From the NCBI GenBank assembly GCA_016873755.1, contig VGWB01000002.1, forward strand, positions 1 to 48,606: a stretch of DNA of 48,606 nt. The letters are read 5' to 3'. Source of the stretch: Ignavibacteria bacterium (GTDB lineage Bacteria > Bacteroidota > Ignavibacteria > UBA10030). Both the position numbers and the translations under genes were made by a program. Under the pieces are notes generated by a model. That model worked only from the letters and a program-made list of their open reading frames with translations, searched no databases and was not told the origin of the DNA. Of the stretch, positions 26,473-33,699 are shown one piece after another (within the stretch, counting starts at the first letter, position 1; each line of letters opens with the position of its first letter).

Positions 26473-28266
26473 CTACACCGCCAGTATTCTTCTTGGCCTC
26501 CCACGGGACCGCTTGCCCGGTATTGACGATGCACCGGCTATTTTCGATTTCAACCTGAAGTAGAAGCTTAGCATCTTTTCTAGATAGCCATCTGCTGCGT
26601 TGCTTCGGTCATTGTAAGCGACCGTCTCTTTCCCTATCATAAGTGTGATATATTCCAGAAAGGCTTCATCTGAACCGCTCTTTTCCTGCTTGTAGTCAGG
26701 ATTGGTCTTGTTCACCTGCACAGTTCCCCCTATGAATCGACTATGTTTATGCGCTCCCTCCTCGAATGCCGTTTCCGAATAGTTGAATCGCTGTCCCTCC
26801 CTGCCCTCCACGGCTGGAGTCTTCTGGATACGAGTAGGCCCAGCATCTCCCACCATGATGTATGCCTTGGACTCAGCTTTGACCCTATCGGCCTTCGCGA
26901 GCACTTCAGCGGGGGTGCTCCGCTTTTCCACACCCTTGAAATATACTCGAGATGATACTACGCCATCTCTTGCATCAGCTTCCATAAGGGTCAGTTCCGA
27001 GTTCTCCAGCCTAATAGTCGGACTGCTGGCTGAGATTCTTACTAGGGTACCATCAGGCACTCTTTTCGGTACCTCTGCTTTCAGCAACAAATGTGCTCTC
27101 TCTCCAACACTTGCTCGAACTGATTGTGGAACGAAATCGAAGCCGTTTGGTGGTCTGCGAGGCTCTGGCGGCTTTCTCCCCAGACCTTGAAGCATTTCCA
27201 AGTCTTTGAATTCATCCATGTTCAGGATATCTGAGGCCATCTCGATCGCTTTCCTTTGAATTTCCGTTAGCTTCCTTTCCATCTCAGCTTGTTTGAGTGC
27301 TTCAACTTCTTCCTCTATGAACGGTCTGATGTTGTAGAGTTCATCGAGAAGGGCCATCCAGTCCTCATTCTCCTCGAAGCCCGTCCGCGCCGGTAAGGGT
27401 TTCAGGAAATTTGCCTCTATATGTCCTTTCACGTTCCCGCTTGCATAGATGCTTTCTTCTAATCCGTATGCCTTCAACTGACTTACATCTTCAACTACAG
27501 CCACCCCTGTGTGCCGAAGGGCGAGCTTCCCTTTACCCGACGGGTCAAAATACAATTCAAGGCGAAATTTCTTTTGAAAGTCTCGCGCGAGACGCATATC
27601 CTTAAACTTCAATCCGATTGGGGGAAGTTCTATCCTCAGAGGTTGAACTGTGGAGGAACTCCCGCGGCAGATGACTGTGATAACAAGCGTGCCAAGTCTC
27701 AAATAATGATCGAACTTCTCGGCAAAGACCTTTTGAAGGTTCTCTGCTGAAAGCGAGCCCCGCCGTTTCGTTGGGTCGAAAAGGAGCTGAGTGATGATTA
27801 CTTTGAGGCCAGCGTGAGGTAACTCATCTCGCTTTGGCACCGATTCGAATTCTGCGGTGCTGGAACCCGACCGTAGCGTCACCTTCAGGGTTTGGGAATC
27901 CGAAGCCTTCTTCGATAGAAAAATGCATTTCTTCCCGATTTGAAGGAAGCTAAAATTCCCAATCCCGAGCTGCCCGATTTGATCGACATCCAAACTCGGT
28001 TTTACTGAGTCGGCTACCTTCTTCAGAGCATTTTCGAACTCATATCGATCCATGCCATAGGGATACTCGATAGTTATCTTATCCTTCTCTAGGGTGTAGA
28101 GAACATTGCAGACAGGAATTCCCTTCCCCGCCTTTTGCGCTTTGAGGTGCTCATCCAAAGCGTTGCTGACATGTTCCTTGATCGCATCAGCTGGATTTCT
28201 GTAAAGGCTACCAAGGAGCTGAAGCGCATTTGCTATATTAAGCTGTATTGCAACTCGGCGCGTCAT
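26473..28266 (-). CDS. Divergent GHKL-superfamily ATPase (MORC/Hsp90/MutL-like) with C-terminal AT-hook
   Basis: 597 aa. N-box EHVSNALDE and glycine loop DQIGQLGIGNFSF, but a degenerate G1 position (IEYPYGMD). Charged helical linker. C-terminal KRSRGRPRR. Low-GC gene whose start overlaps the upstream gene (ATGA). Confidence 0.68.
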   Translation of the reverse strand: MTRRVAIQLNIANALQLLGSLYRNPADAIKEHVSNALDEHLKAQKAGKGIPVCNVLYTLEKDKITIEYPYGMDRYEFENALKKVADSVKPSLDVDQIGQLGIGNFSFLQIGKKCIFLSKKASDSQTLKVTLRSGSSTAEFESVPKRDELPHAGLKVIITQLLFDPTKRRGSLSAENLQKVFAEKFDHYLRLGTLVITVICRGSSSTVQPLRIELPPIGLKFKDMRLARDFQKKFRLELYFDPSGKGKLALRHTGVAVVEDVSQLKAYGLEESIYASGNVKGHIEANFLKPLPARTGFEENEDWMALLDELYNIRPFIEEEVEALKQAEMERKLTEIQRKAIEMASDILNMDEFKDLEMLQGLGRKPPEPRRPPNGFDFVPQSVRASVGERAHLLLKAEVPKRVPDGTLVRISASSPTIRLENSELTLMEADARDGVVSSRVYFKGVEKRSTPAEVLAKADRVKAESKAYIMVGDAGPTRIQKTPAVEGREGQRFNYSETAFEEGAHKHSRFIGGTVQVNKTNPDYKQEKSGSDEAFLEYITLMIGKETVAYNDRSNAADGYLEKMLSFYFRLKSKIAGASSIPGKRSRGRPRRILAV

Positions 28267-28928
28267 GATTGTTCTCCCTTCTTCTTGAAATAGTTAAACC
28301 TATTTGTGGTCAGCGTCAACCATCGTCTGAACGAATCTTCTTCGCCTAGCATGACCAGAAGACTGGAGAGATACCCGACATCAAAAGCATCGAGCATCTT
28401 CCTGAAAATCTCCCGGGCCTCTCTCGGTCCGTCTCTGAAAAGCCTTAACTCCTCCTCCAATATCAAGAGCAACGTTTTGATTCGGAGAACCTTTTCCTCA
28501 ATTTTCTTTGCCTCTAGTTGTTTCTCTGGAAAAGGAATCGAAAGAATCTCTGCGACTCTTTCAACAACAAGACGAGGAGGGGTTGACCTTCCCTCAAGGC
28601 AATCCCGCATTGACCTAGTATCCCAGCCAACTTCGCTTGTGAAAGCATCCACGTTTCCATAGCGATGCTGCGTGGTCCACCATTCTCTCACTTCTTGCCA
28701 CACTTTTCTCGGCGCGTTTTCCTGGCTCTCCCAGGAGCTTAGGATTCTGTTGAGCTTTTGCAGGTTTTCGGGCGATGGAATCCTCCTTCTCGTACTCGAA
28801 AGCCACTTCTCTACGGTCTTCAGAGGGGTCCCAATTCGGCGAGCTATCTCTCTCTTCGATAGGCCTCTTTCTTTGGCAAATGCTTCTAACCTTGCGATGG
28901 TGGTCTGTGAGTCGTTAGGTTGATTCAT
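28263..28928 (-). CDS. Double helix-turn-helix (Xre-like) protein, partner of the GHKL ATPase
   Basis: 221 aa. LSKREIARRIGTPLKTVEKWL and a second HTH-like segment, SMRDCLEGRSTPPRLVVERVAEIL. Helical C-terminus. Confidence 0.6.
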   Translation of the reverse strand: MNQPNDSQTTIARLEAFAKERGLSKREIARRIGTPLKTVEKWLSSTRRRIPSPENLQKLNRILSSWESQENAPRKVWQEVREWWTTQHRYGNVDAFTSEVGWDTRSMRDCLEGRSTPPRLVVERVAEILSIPFPEKQLEAKKIEEKVLRIKTLLLILEEELRLFRDGPREAREIFRKMLDAFDVGYLSSLLVMLGEEDSFRRWLTLTTNRFNYFKKKGEQS

Positions 28929-28960
28929 TTCCGAGTTCCTATCTTGTCCAATGAGTTCTT

Positions 28961-28988
28961 CCTCGGCCGTTAGCTACTAGCCTCGGCC
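28961..28988 (-). promoter_or_regulatory. Direct repeats upstream of the HTH gene (possible operator)
   Basis: The minus strand reads GGCCGAGG-ctagtagctaac-GGCCGAGG (20-nt period), 33-60 nt upstream of the ATG at 28928. Confidence 0.25.
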
Positions 28989-29390
28989 TTATTTTATCCA
29001 GCATATCTTTAATTCATTTTCAATTTGCCTGAATTCCTTGTCTCCAGTTGCAAGCTGACACTTCTTCTTGAGTGCCAACGCAGCGGCGAAACAGTCCCCG
29101 TAGGACATCTTGTTAGAGGCTTTCAAACGAGCCGCCTGCAACGTCAACTCCTTGTTAGCCTCCACAATCTGCATCGGGAGTGCTCTCATCGCATCCTCAG
29201 CCAGCGTCGCGGTCTTCTCGCCTCCAGCCCTGAGTGCATGGTAGATGACCTCTCCCCAATTCACTACGCATATAAATACTTCACGATCCTTCGTAATACA
29301 TTCCTCGAAGATCTTCGCCACTTCGTCATATCCTTCGTCGCGCTCTAAATAAGCGATGAGTGCGTAACTATCCAGAACCGTTGCCTTCAT
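28989..29390 (-). CDS. vapC: PIN-domain ribonuclease toxin (type II TA)
   Basis: 133 aa. N-terminal VLDSYALIAYL (acidic Asp) and C-terminal SYGDCFAAALA, which is PIN-typical. ATGA overlap with the antitoxin gene. Confidence 0.88.
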   Translation of the reverse strand: MKATVLDSYALIAYLERDEGYDEVAKIFEECITKDREVFICVVNWGEVIYHALRAGGEKTATLAEDAMRALPMQIVEANKELTLQAARLKASNKMSYGDCFAAALALKKKCQLATGDKEFRQIENELKICWIK

Positions 29391-29617
29391 AGTTCGCGCT
29401 CCCTCTTCTTGTCCTCCATCAGGAACTTCAGCACCTTGCCCTCTGTCCCAAGCACACCAGCCAAGCTTTCGAAGTAGCTCTTATCTAGGGGTTGGATAAA
29501 GAGTTTACCGTTCTGCTCGATGAACGCGATCTTCGTTCCTTTCTTGATGCCGAACTTTCTCCTGATTTTCGCGGGCACCACGATCTGCCCCTTCGTTGTC
29601 ACAACTGATGTCTCCAT
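29387..29617 (-). CDS. vapB: AbrB/SpoVT/MazE-type antitoxin
   Basis: The start is taken at METSVVTTKGQIVVPAKIRRKFGIKKGTKIAF (SpoVT-AbrB swapped-hairpin motif). RBS AAGGAGG lies 6 nt upstream. Confidence 0.85.
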   Translation of the reverse strand: METSVVTTKGQIVVPAKIRRKFGIKKGTKIAFIEQNGKLFIQPLDKSYFESLAGVLGTEGKVLKFLMEDKKREREL

Positions 29618-29635
29618 GGTAAGCCTCCTTTCACT

Positions 29636-29667
29636 ATTATAATACGAAGAAGTCAGATGCAAGTCAA
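29636..29667 (-). promoter_or_regulatory. Near-consensus sigma70 promoter of vapBC
   Basis: The minus strand reads TTGACT (29667-29662), a 17-nt spacer, then TATTAT(AAT) (29644-29636). The palindrome AAGGTA-N-TACCTT (29675-29687) lies just upstream. Confidence 0.5.
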
Positions 29668-29786
29668 GAGAAAAAAGGTATTACCTTACCTGAGGTTGGC
29701 TTACGGTTCGCAAGGCAATTAGTTAGGAGCACTCTTGAATGACGGACGTTTGGTACGGATAGGTCTCGAACGGCAATATTTAATCC

Positions 29787-29955
29787 GGTGTGTGATAACC
29801 ACACACCCCTGCATCCCCTCTCTCCTGCGCAGAAAGCCATCGCTACAGAGGGGACCTATTACACTATGAACTCGTGGGACCGTAGGATCAACGCTCTACA
29901 CGTCCCCTCTCGAGTGTTGGGCAGCGGGCCGAGAGAGGGGATCAGAGGGGTGTGT
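29787..29955. repeat. Nested-palindrome repeat, second copy of the core found in the 20.3-kb MITE-like element
   Basis: ACACACCCCTGCATCCCCTCTCTC...ACAGAGGGGAC...GTCCCCTCTCG...GAGAGAGGGGATCAGAGGGGTGTGT. A GGTGTGTG-ataac-CACACACC hairpin sits at its 5' edge. Confidence 0.55.
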
Positions 29956-30105
29956 CAACCGACCAATGATCCAACATTCCTGCCCCTTGCGCAGCGGCAC
30001 TTCGGTAAGAGCGATTTCAGCAACAGGAGAGATCATCTGCACAGCCGGGATAGAGGAACGCTGGATAGGATTCGCACACGAGGTTGCAGCGTCTTGCCGG
30101 CGGTG

Positions 30106-31530
30106 TTAAAGGCTGAAACACACCACCCGCGTCTCCGTCATCTCTTGAATCATGCTCCAGATCCCCTGGCGGCCGACGCCGCTCAGCTTCGTCCCACCGA
30201 ACGGCATCACATCGAGGCGGTAGTCGGTCGAATCATTGACGATAACTGCGCCATACTGCAGACCAGAAACGGCTTTGAACGCGTTATCGAGTCGCTCTGT
30301 GAAGATCGCGGCGTGGAGACCGTAGTCCACCCGATTCGCGCGCTTGATGGCCTCGTCCAGGGAGGCAACGCGGTAGAGGGACACAACCGGGCCGTAGACT
30401 TCCTCGCAGTCGATCCGCACACCGCCGGGCACGTCTTCAAGCACAGCGGGCCACAGAACCGCACCCTCACGCCGGCCACCCGTCAGTATGCGCGCTCCCT
30501 TCTCCACCGCCTCCTTGACCCACGATTCAACCCTCCGGGCTTCCTTCTCCGTGAGCATGGCACACACATCGACATCCTCGGACATCGAATGACCAGCCTT
30601 CAGCCCGGCGACGTGTTTCACAAACCGGTCTCTGAATCCATCATACACTCGCTCGTGCACCAAGATACGCTGCACACCGAGGCAGTTCTCCCCCGCTTGT
30701 GCAAACGCGCCGGCTGCGATTGCCGGCACTGCCCGATCCAGATCCGCATCGTCCATAACGATCACGGGCGAGTTGGAGCCCAGCTCCATGATCACTTTCT
30801 TGATTCCCACCCACCGGCTGATCTGCAAGCCGACGTCAACGCCGCCGGTGAACGTCACCACGCGGACGCGCGGGTCACTGACCATGGCTTCACCGAGCTC
30901 ACTTCCGCGACCGGTGACCACGCTCAGTCGCCCTTTCGGCAGTCCGGCATCCATCAGGTCATGGGCAAGCATCAAGACCGAGAGTGGCGTGAGAGCGCTT
31001 GGTTTGAGAACGATGGAATTGCCTGCTGCAATTGCGGGACCAATGTTGTGTGCAGCGAGTGCGAGCGGATCGTTAAATGGTATGATCGCCGACACAATGC
31101 CAACGGGAAATCGGAAATAGTACCCCACACGATTTTCCGATCCGACCCGGCTCTCGAACGGAAGCGTCTCGCCTGTCAGCCGGCGCCCTGCCTCTGCTGA
31201 AAGTCGCAAAATGTTAGCCGCGCGAGGTGGCTCCCGACGCGCTTCGCGGATCGTCTTGCTCCCCTCGTGGGCGATCGTGTGCGCGTACTCCTCTTGTCGA
31301 TGATCAACCAGCGAAGCGGCCTTCACCAACACATCATAGCGAGCGTGGAGCGGAAAGTCTCGTTCGAGAGCCTGCACAGCCCCGTCGATTGCTGCTTTCA
31401 CATCCTCAACACCCGCAGCCGGGACCTCTCCGACCAGCGTGTTGTCGAACGGGTTGCGGACTGCTATTCTTTCCGGCCGCTCCTTCCACTCACCGCCAAT
31501 GAGCATTTTCATAAACTTGTCGTTCGTCAT
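30106..31530 (-). CDS. NAD(P)-dependent aldehyde dehydrogenase
   Basis: The start is taken at MTNDKFMKMLIGGEW. Contains VTFTGGVDVG, ELGSNSP (catalytic Glu) and FAQAGENCLGVQR (catalytic Cys). The longer ORF-track start would cover a terminator hairpin. Confidence 0.92.
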   Translation of the reverse strand: MTNDKFMKMLIGGEWKERPERIAVRNPFDNTLVGEVPAAGVEDVKAAIDGAVQALERDFPLHARYDVLVKAASLVDHRQEEYAHTIAHEGSKTIREARREPPRAANILRLSAEAGRRLTGETLPFESRVGSENRVGYYFRFPVGIVSAIIPFNDPLALAAHNIGPAIAAGNSIVLKPSALTPLSVLMLAHDLMDAGLPKGRLSVVTGRGSELGEAMVSDPRVRVVTFTGGVDVGLQISRWVGIKKVIMELGSNSPVIVMDDADLDRAVPAIAAGAFAQAGENCLGVQRILVHERVYDGFRDRFVKHVAGLKAGHSMSEDVDVCAMLTEKEARRVESWVKEAVEKGARILTGGRREGAVLWPAVLEDVPGGVRIDCEEVYGPVVSLYRVASLDEAIKRANRVDYGLHAAIFTERLDNAFKAVSGLQYGAVIVNDSTDYRLDVMPFGGTKLSGVGRQGIWSMIQEMTETRVVCFSL

Positions 31531-31584
31531 AGGTGTTGTGTGCGTTACGTCGCTTCTGTGTACGTTCGTCGCGAAAGCGCAATC

Positions 31585-31616
31585 AAAGTATCGCAAAGGG
31601 CGTCTCACCGACGCCC
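31585..31616 (-). terminator. Terminator/attenuator-like hairpin in the aldehyde dehydrogenase leader
   Basis: The minus strand reads GGGCGTC-ggtga-GACGCCC (31616-31598), followed by TTTGCGATACTTT. Confidence 0.5.
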
Positions 31617-31841
31617 CTTGCGTAGCAATCCCAACTATTCACGAATCGCCATTCGCTAGAACCTATCTCAATAACACCTTGTCATGCCCGCGGATTCTGC
31701 GTTTCTTGCATCCCGCCGGTTAGTGGCGGATAAGCGGGCATCCAGATAGGGCTTTGTTCTGGATTCCGTCTTAAAATCCGACGGAATGACTTTCCTTTTT
31801 TGAGATAACTTCTAATCACCAATCACTTCGCTTTTCACTCT

Positions 31842-32300
31842 TCACTTCCTTCTTCCACCCCTCTTCTTCCTCCCACCCTTTGCCGCTCTCTTCTTTTTCT
31901 TCGCAACCTTCTTCGGCTTCCGTTTTGGCTTCTCCACAGGCACGCTCTGCGGTCCCTTCACAAGTCCGACCAGGCAGCCAGTCGGATCCGTAAAGAGGGC
32001 AAAGGTAACCATATCGGGAACTTCCGTCACCGGCTTGACTACCGTTGCGCCCAGACTGACCGCTTTGTCCAAGTATGCCTGGGGGTCCTCCACCTGTATA
32101 TAGAACGTCGCGAACGGAGATTGATCCCCTTCGACCTGGCCGATGCCACCATTGATCCCCATTTTCAATTTGGTGTCAATCATCCCGTAGTTCATGGACG
32201 GGATGTCTTGGATGTTCCAGTCGAAGAGATTTGTGTAGAAATCCTTCGCACGCTGCAGGTCCTTAACATTGACCTCAAAATGAACCACCGCCGCTCCCAT
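31842..32300 (-). CDS. VOC (glyoxalase/bleomycin-resistance) family protein with a lysine/arginine-rich C-terminal tail
   Basis: The start is taken at MGAAVVHFEVNVKDLQRAKDFY. VOC beta-alpha-beta-beta-beta pattern. Tail KPKRKPKKVAKKKKRAAKGGRKKRGGRRK. Confidence 0.8.
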   Translation of the reverse strand: MGAAVVHFEVNVKDLQRAKDFYTNLFDWNIQDIPSMNYGMIDTKLKMGINGGIGQVEGDQSPFATFYIQVEDPQAYLDKAVSLGATVVKPVTEVPDMVTFALFTDPTGCLVGLVKGPQSVPVEKPKRKPKKVAKKKKRAAKGGRKKRGGRRK

Positions 32301-32524
32301 GTAGACCTCCGAAAATGAGGTGAGCTGATTATGTGGGCTAGATTGGGATGATTCAATACTAATTGATGGTCTTTGTTTTTGCAAGAAGCATCACGCAGAG
32401 ATTTCACGTTCACAGACGTGCCGCACTTAAGAAAAGAGAAATCGACTATTTACCATTTCAGGAAATCGTTGTATTTTCAATCGGTTTCCTTTCATCACTT
32501 CCACCTCCTCTTCCAACGGACCCC

Positions 32525-33205
32525 ATGAGTTCTACGCAGCACGTCCGGATCAACGACATTCTGTTGGGGCCGTGGGAACGCCGAGCTCTGCAATGGCTAG
32601 CCGCACGGATGCCCCCGTGGGTGACGCCCGACGTCCTCACATCCCTGGGGGTACTTTCCGCCGTCCTCATCGCGGTAAGCTACTGGCTCACGAACTTAAG
32701 TCCACTCTTCCTCTGGCTCGCCAGCCTGGGCGTTGTGTTTCATTGGTTTGCCGATAGCCTCGACGGCACTCTCGCAAGGTTCAGGCACATCGAGCGACCG
32801 AAATATGGTTATTTCGTCGACCATGTGACCGACGCCCTCAGTGAGGCGCTCATCGGCATTGGCGTCGGCCTGACCCCTTACGTCCGTTTCGATTATGCAA
32901 TGATTGCTCTCATCAGCTATCTGTTGATGTCCGTGCTGGTCTTCGTCAAAATGCACGTCACCGGAGTGTTTCAGATTTCCTTTTCAAAATTCGGTCCGAC
33001 CGAAGTTCGGGTATTCATCATCCTCTGCAACACCATCATCTTTTTCGTCGGTAATCCAATGGTTGAGACCCCACTGGGGACATCGACGATTTATGACGCG
33101 ATCGCTCTGCTCTTCGCGGCAGTACTCTTTGGCTTGTTCATCGTCATGCTCCTGCTCGAAGGCTCGAAGCTGAAGAAGCAGGAACGCACGCCGAAATCAG
33201 AATGA
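32525..33205 (+). CDS. CDP-alcohol phosphatidyltransferase family protein
   Basis: The start is taken at MSSTQHVRINDILLGP. Signature DSLDGTLARFRHIERPKYGYFVDHVTD (DGx2ARx8Gx3Dx3D). Confidence 0.85.
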   Translation: MSSTQHVRINDILLGPWERRALQWLAARMPPWVTPDVLTSLGVLSAVLIAVSYWLTNLSPLFLWLASLGVVFHWFADSLDGTLARFRHIERPKYGYFVDHVTDALSEALIGIGVGLTPYVRFDYAMIALISYLLMSVLVFVKMHVTGVFQISFSKFGPTEVRVFIILCNTIIFFVGNPMVETPLGTSTIYDAIALLFAAVLFGLFIVMLLLEGSKLKKQERTPKSE

Positions 33206-33636
33206 ACACGCAAGGCATCATCTCACCAATACTCTTTGGGAAATTTGTTTCGACGAATCTGATAGGTACCGTCGTCGATACGCTCGCCTTGTGGGTCCTG
33301 GTGACATTCGCGTTCGATACGTACCTGGAAAGATACGTTCTCGCGCCGACCATATCGTTCCAGATCGCGGTGCTGAACAACTACTCGTTATCCTACTTCT
33401 GGACGTGGAAAGGACGGGTGAAGAAAACCGTTCGCGACTACTTCCAAAAGCTTTTCTTCTACACTATCAATTGCGTTCTTGTCTTCCTTCTTAAGCTCGC
33501 ACTTCTTGTCGCCATCTCAGCGCTCCTCGATCTTCACGTCGTCTTCTGCAACCTGCTTGCCCTGACGATCACCGGACTTGTCAATTTCGCCTTGCAGGAC
33601 AGACTGATCTTTCGGCAACAAAAAAAGGCCGGATAG
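33202..33636 (+). CDS. GtrA-family membrane protein
   Basis: 144 aa with 4 TM helices. FVSTNLIGTVVDTLALWVL and WTWKGR are typical of GtrA-like proteins. ATGA overlap with the upstream gene. Confidence 0.85.
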   Translation: MNTQGIISPILFGKFVSTNLIGTVVDTLALWVLVTFAFDTYLERYVLAPTISFQIAVLNNYSLSYFWTWKGRVKKTVRDYFQKLFFYTINCVLVFLLKLALLVAISALLDLHVVFCNLLALTITGLVNFALQDRLIFRQQKKAG

Positions 33637-33653
33637 CAAATCCGACCTTTCCC
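33621..33653. terminator. Bidirectional terminator-like hairpin between convergent genes
   Basis: AAAGGCCGGA-tagcaaa-TCCGACCTTT (one mismatch), flanked by an A-run and a T-rich run. It overlaps the gtrA stop. Confidence 0.45.
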
Positions 33654-33699
33654 AAAGAAGACGAAGAATCTCCGCGCTGCTGCCAGCCCAGATCAAGAA

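Noticed and set aside
26394-29800. att-like direct repeats at the island borders (TAGGAGC at about 26467 and about 29723)
   Set aside because: Only a 7-nt match was found by eye, well within chance. There is no integrase or tRNA anchor.
29788-31200. 470-aa plus-strand ORF spanning the palindromic repeat and the antisense of the aldehyde dehydrogenase gene
   Set aside because: Its first ~55 codons are palindrome arms, and the rest is the mirror frame of a gene with clear ALDH catalytic motifs. Composition is His/Arg/Pro-rich.
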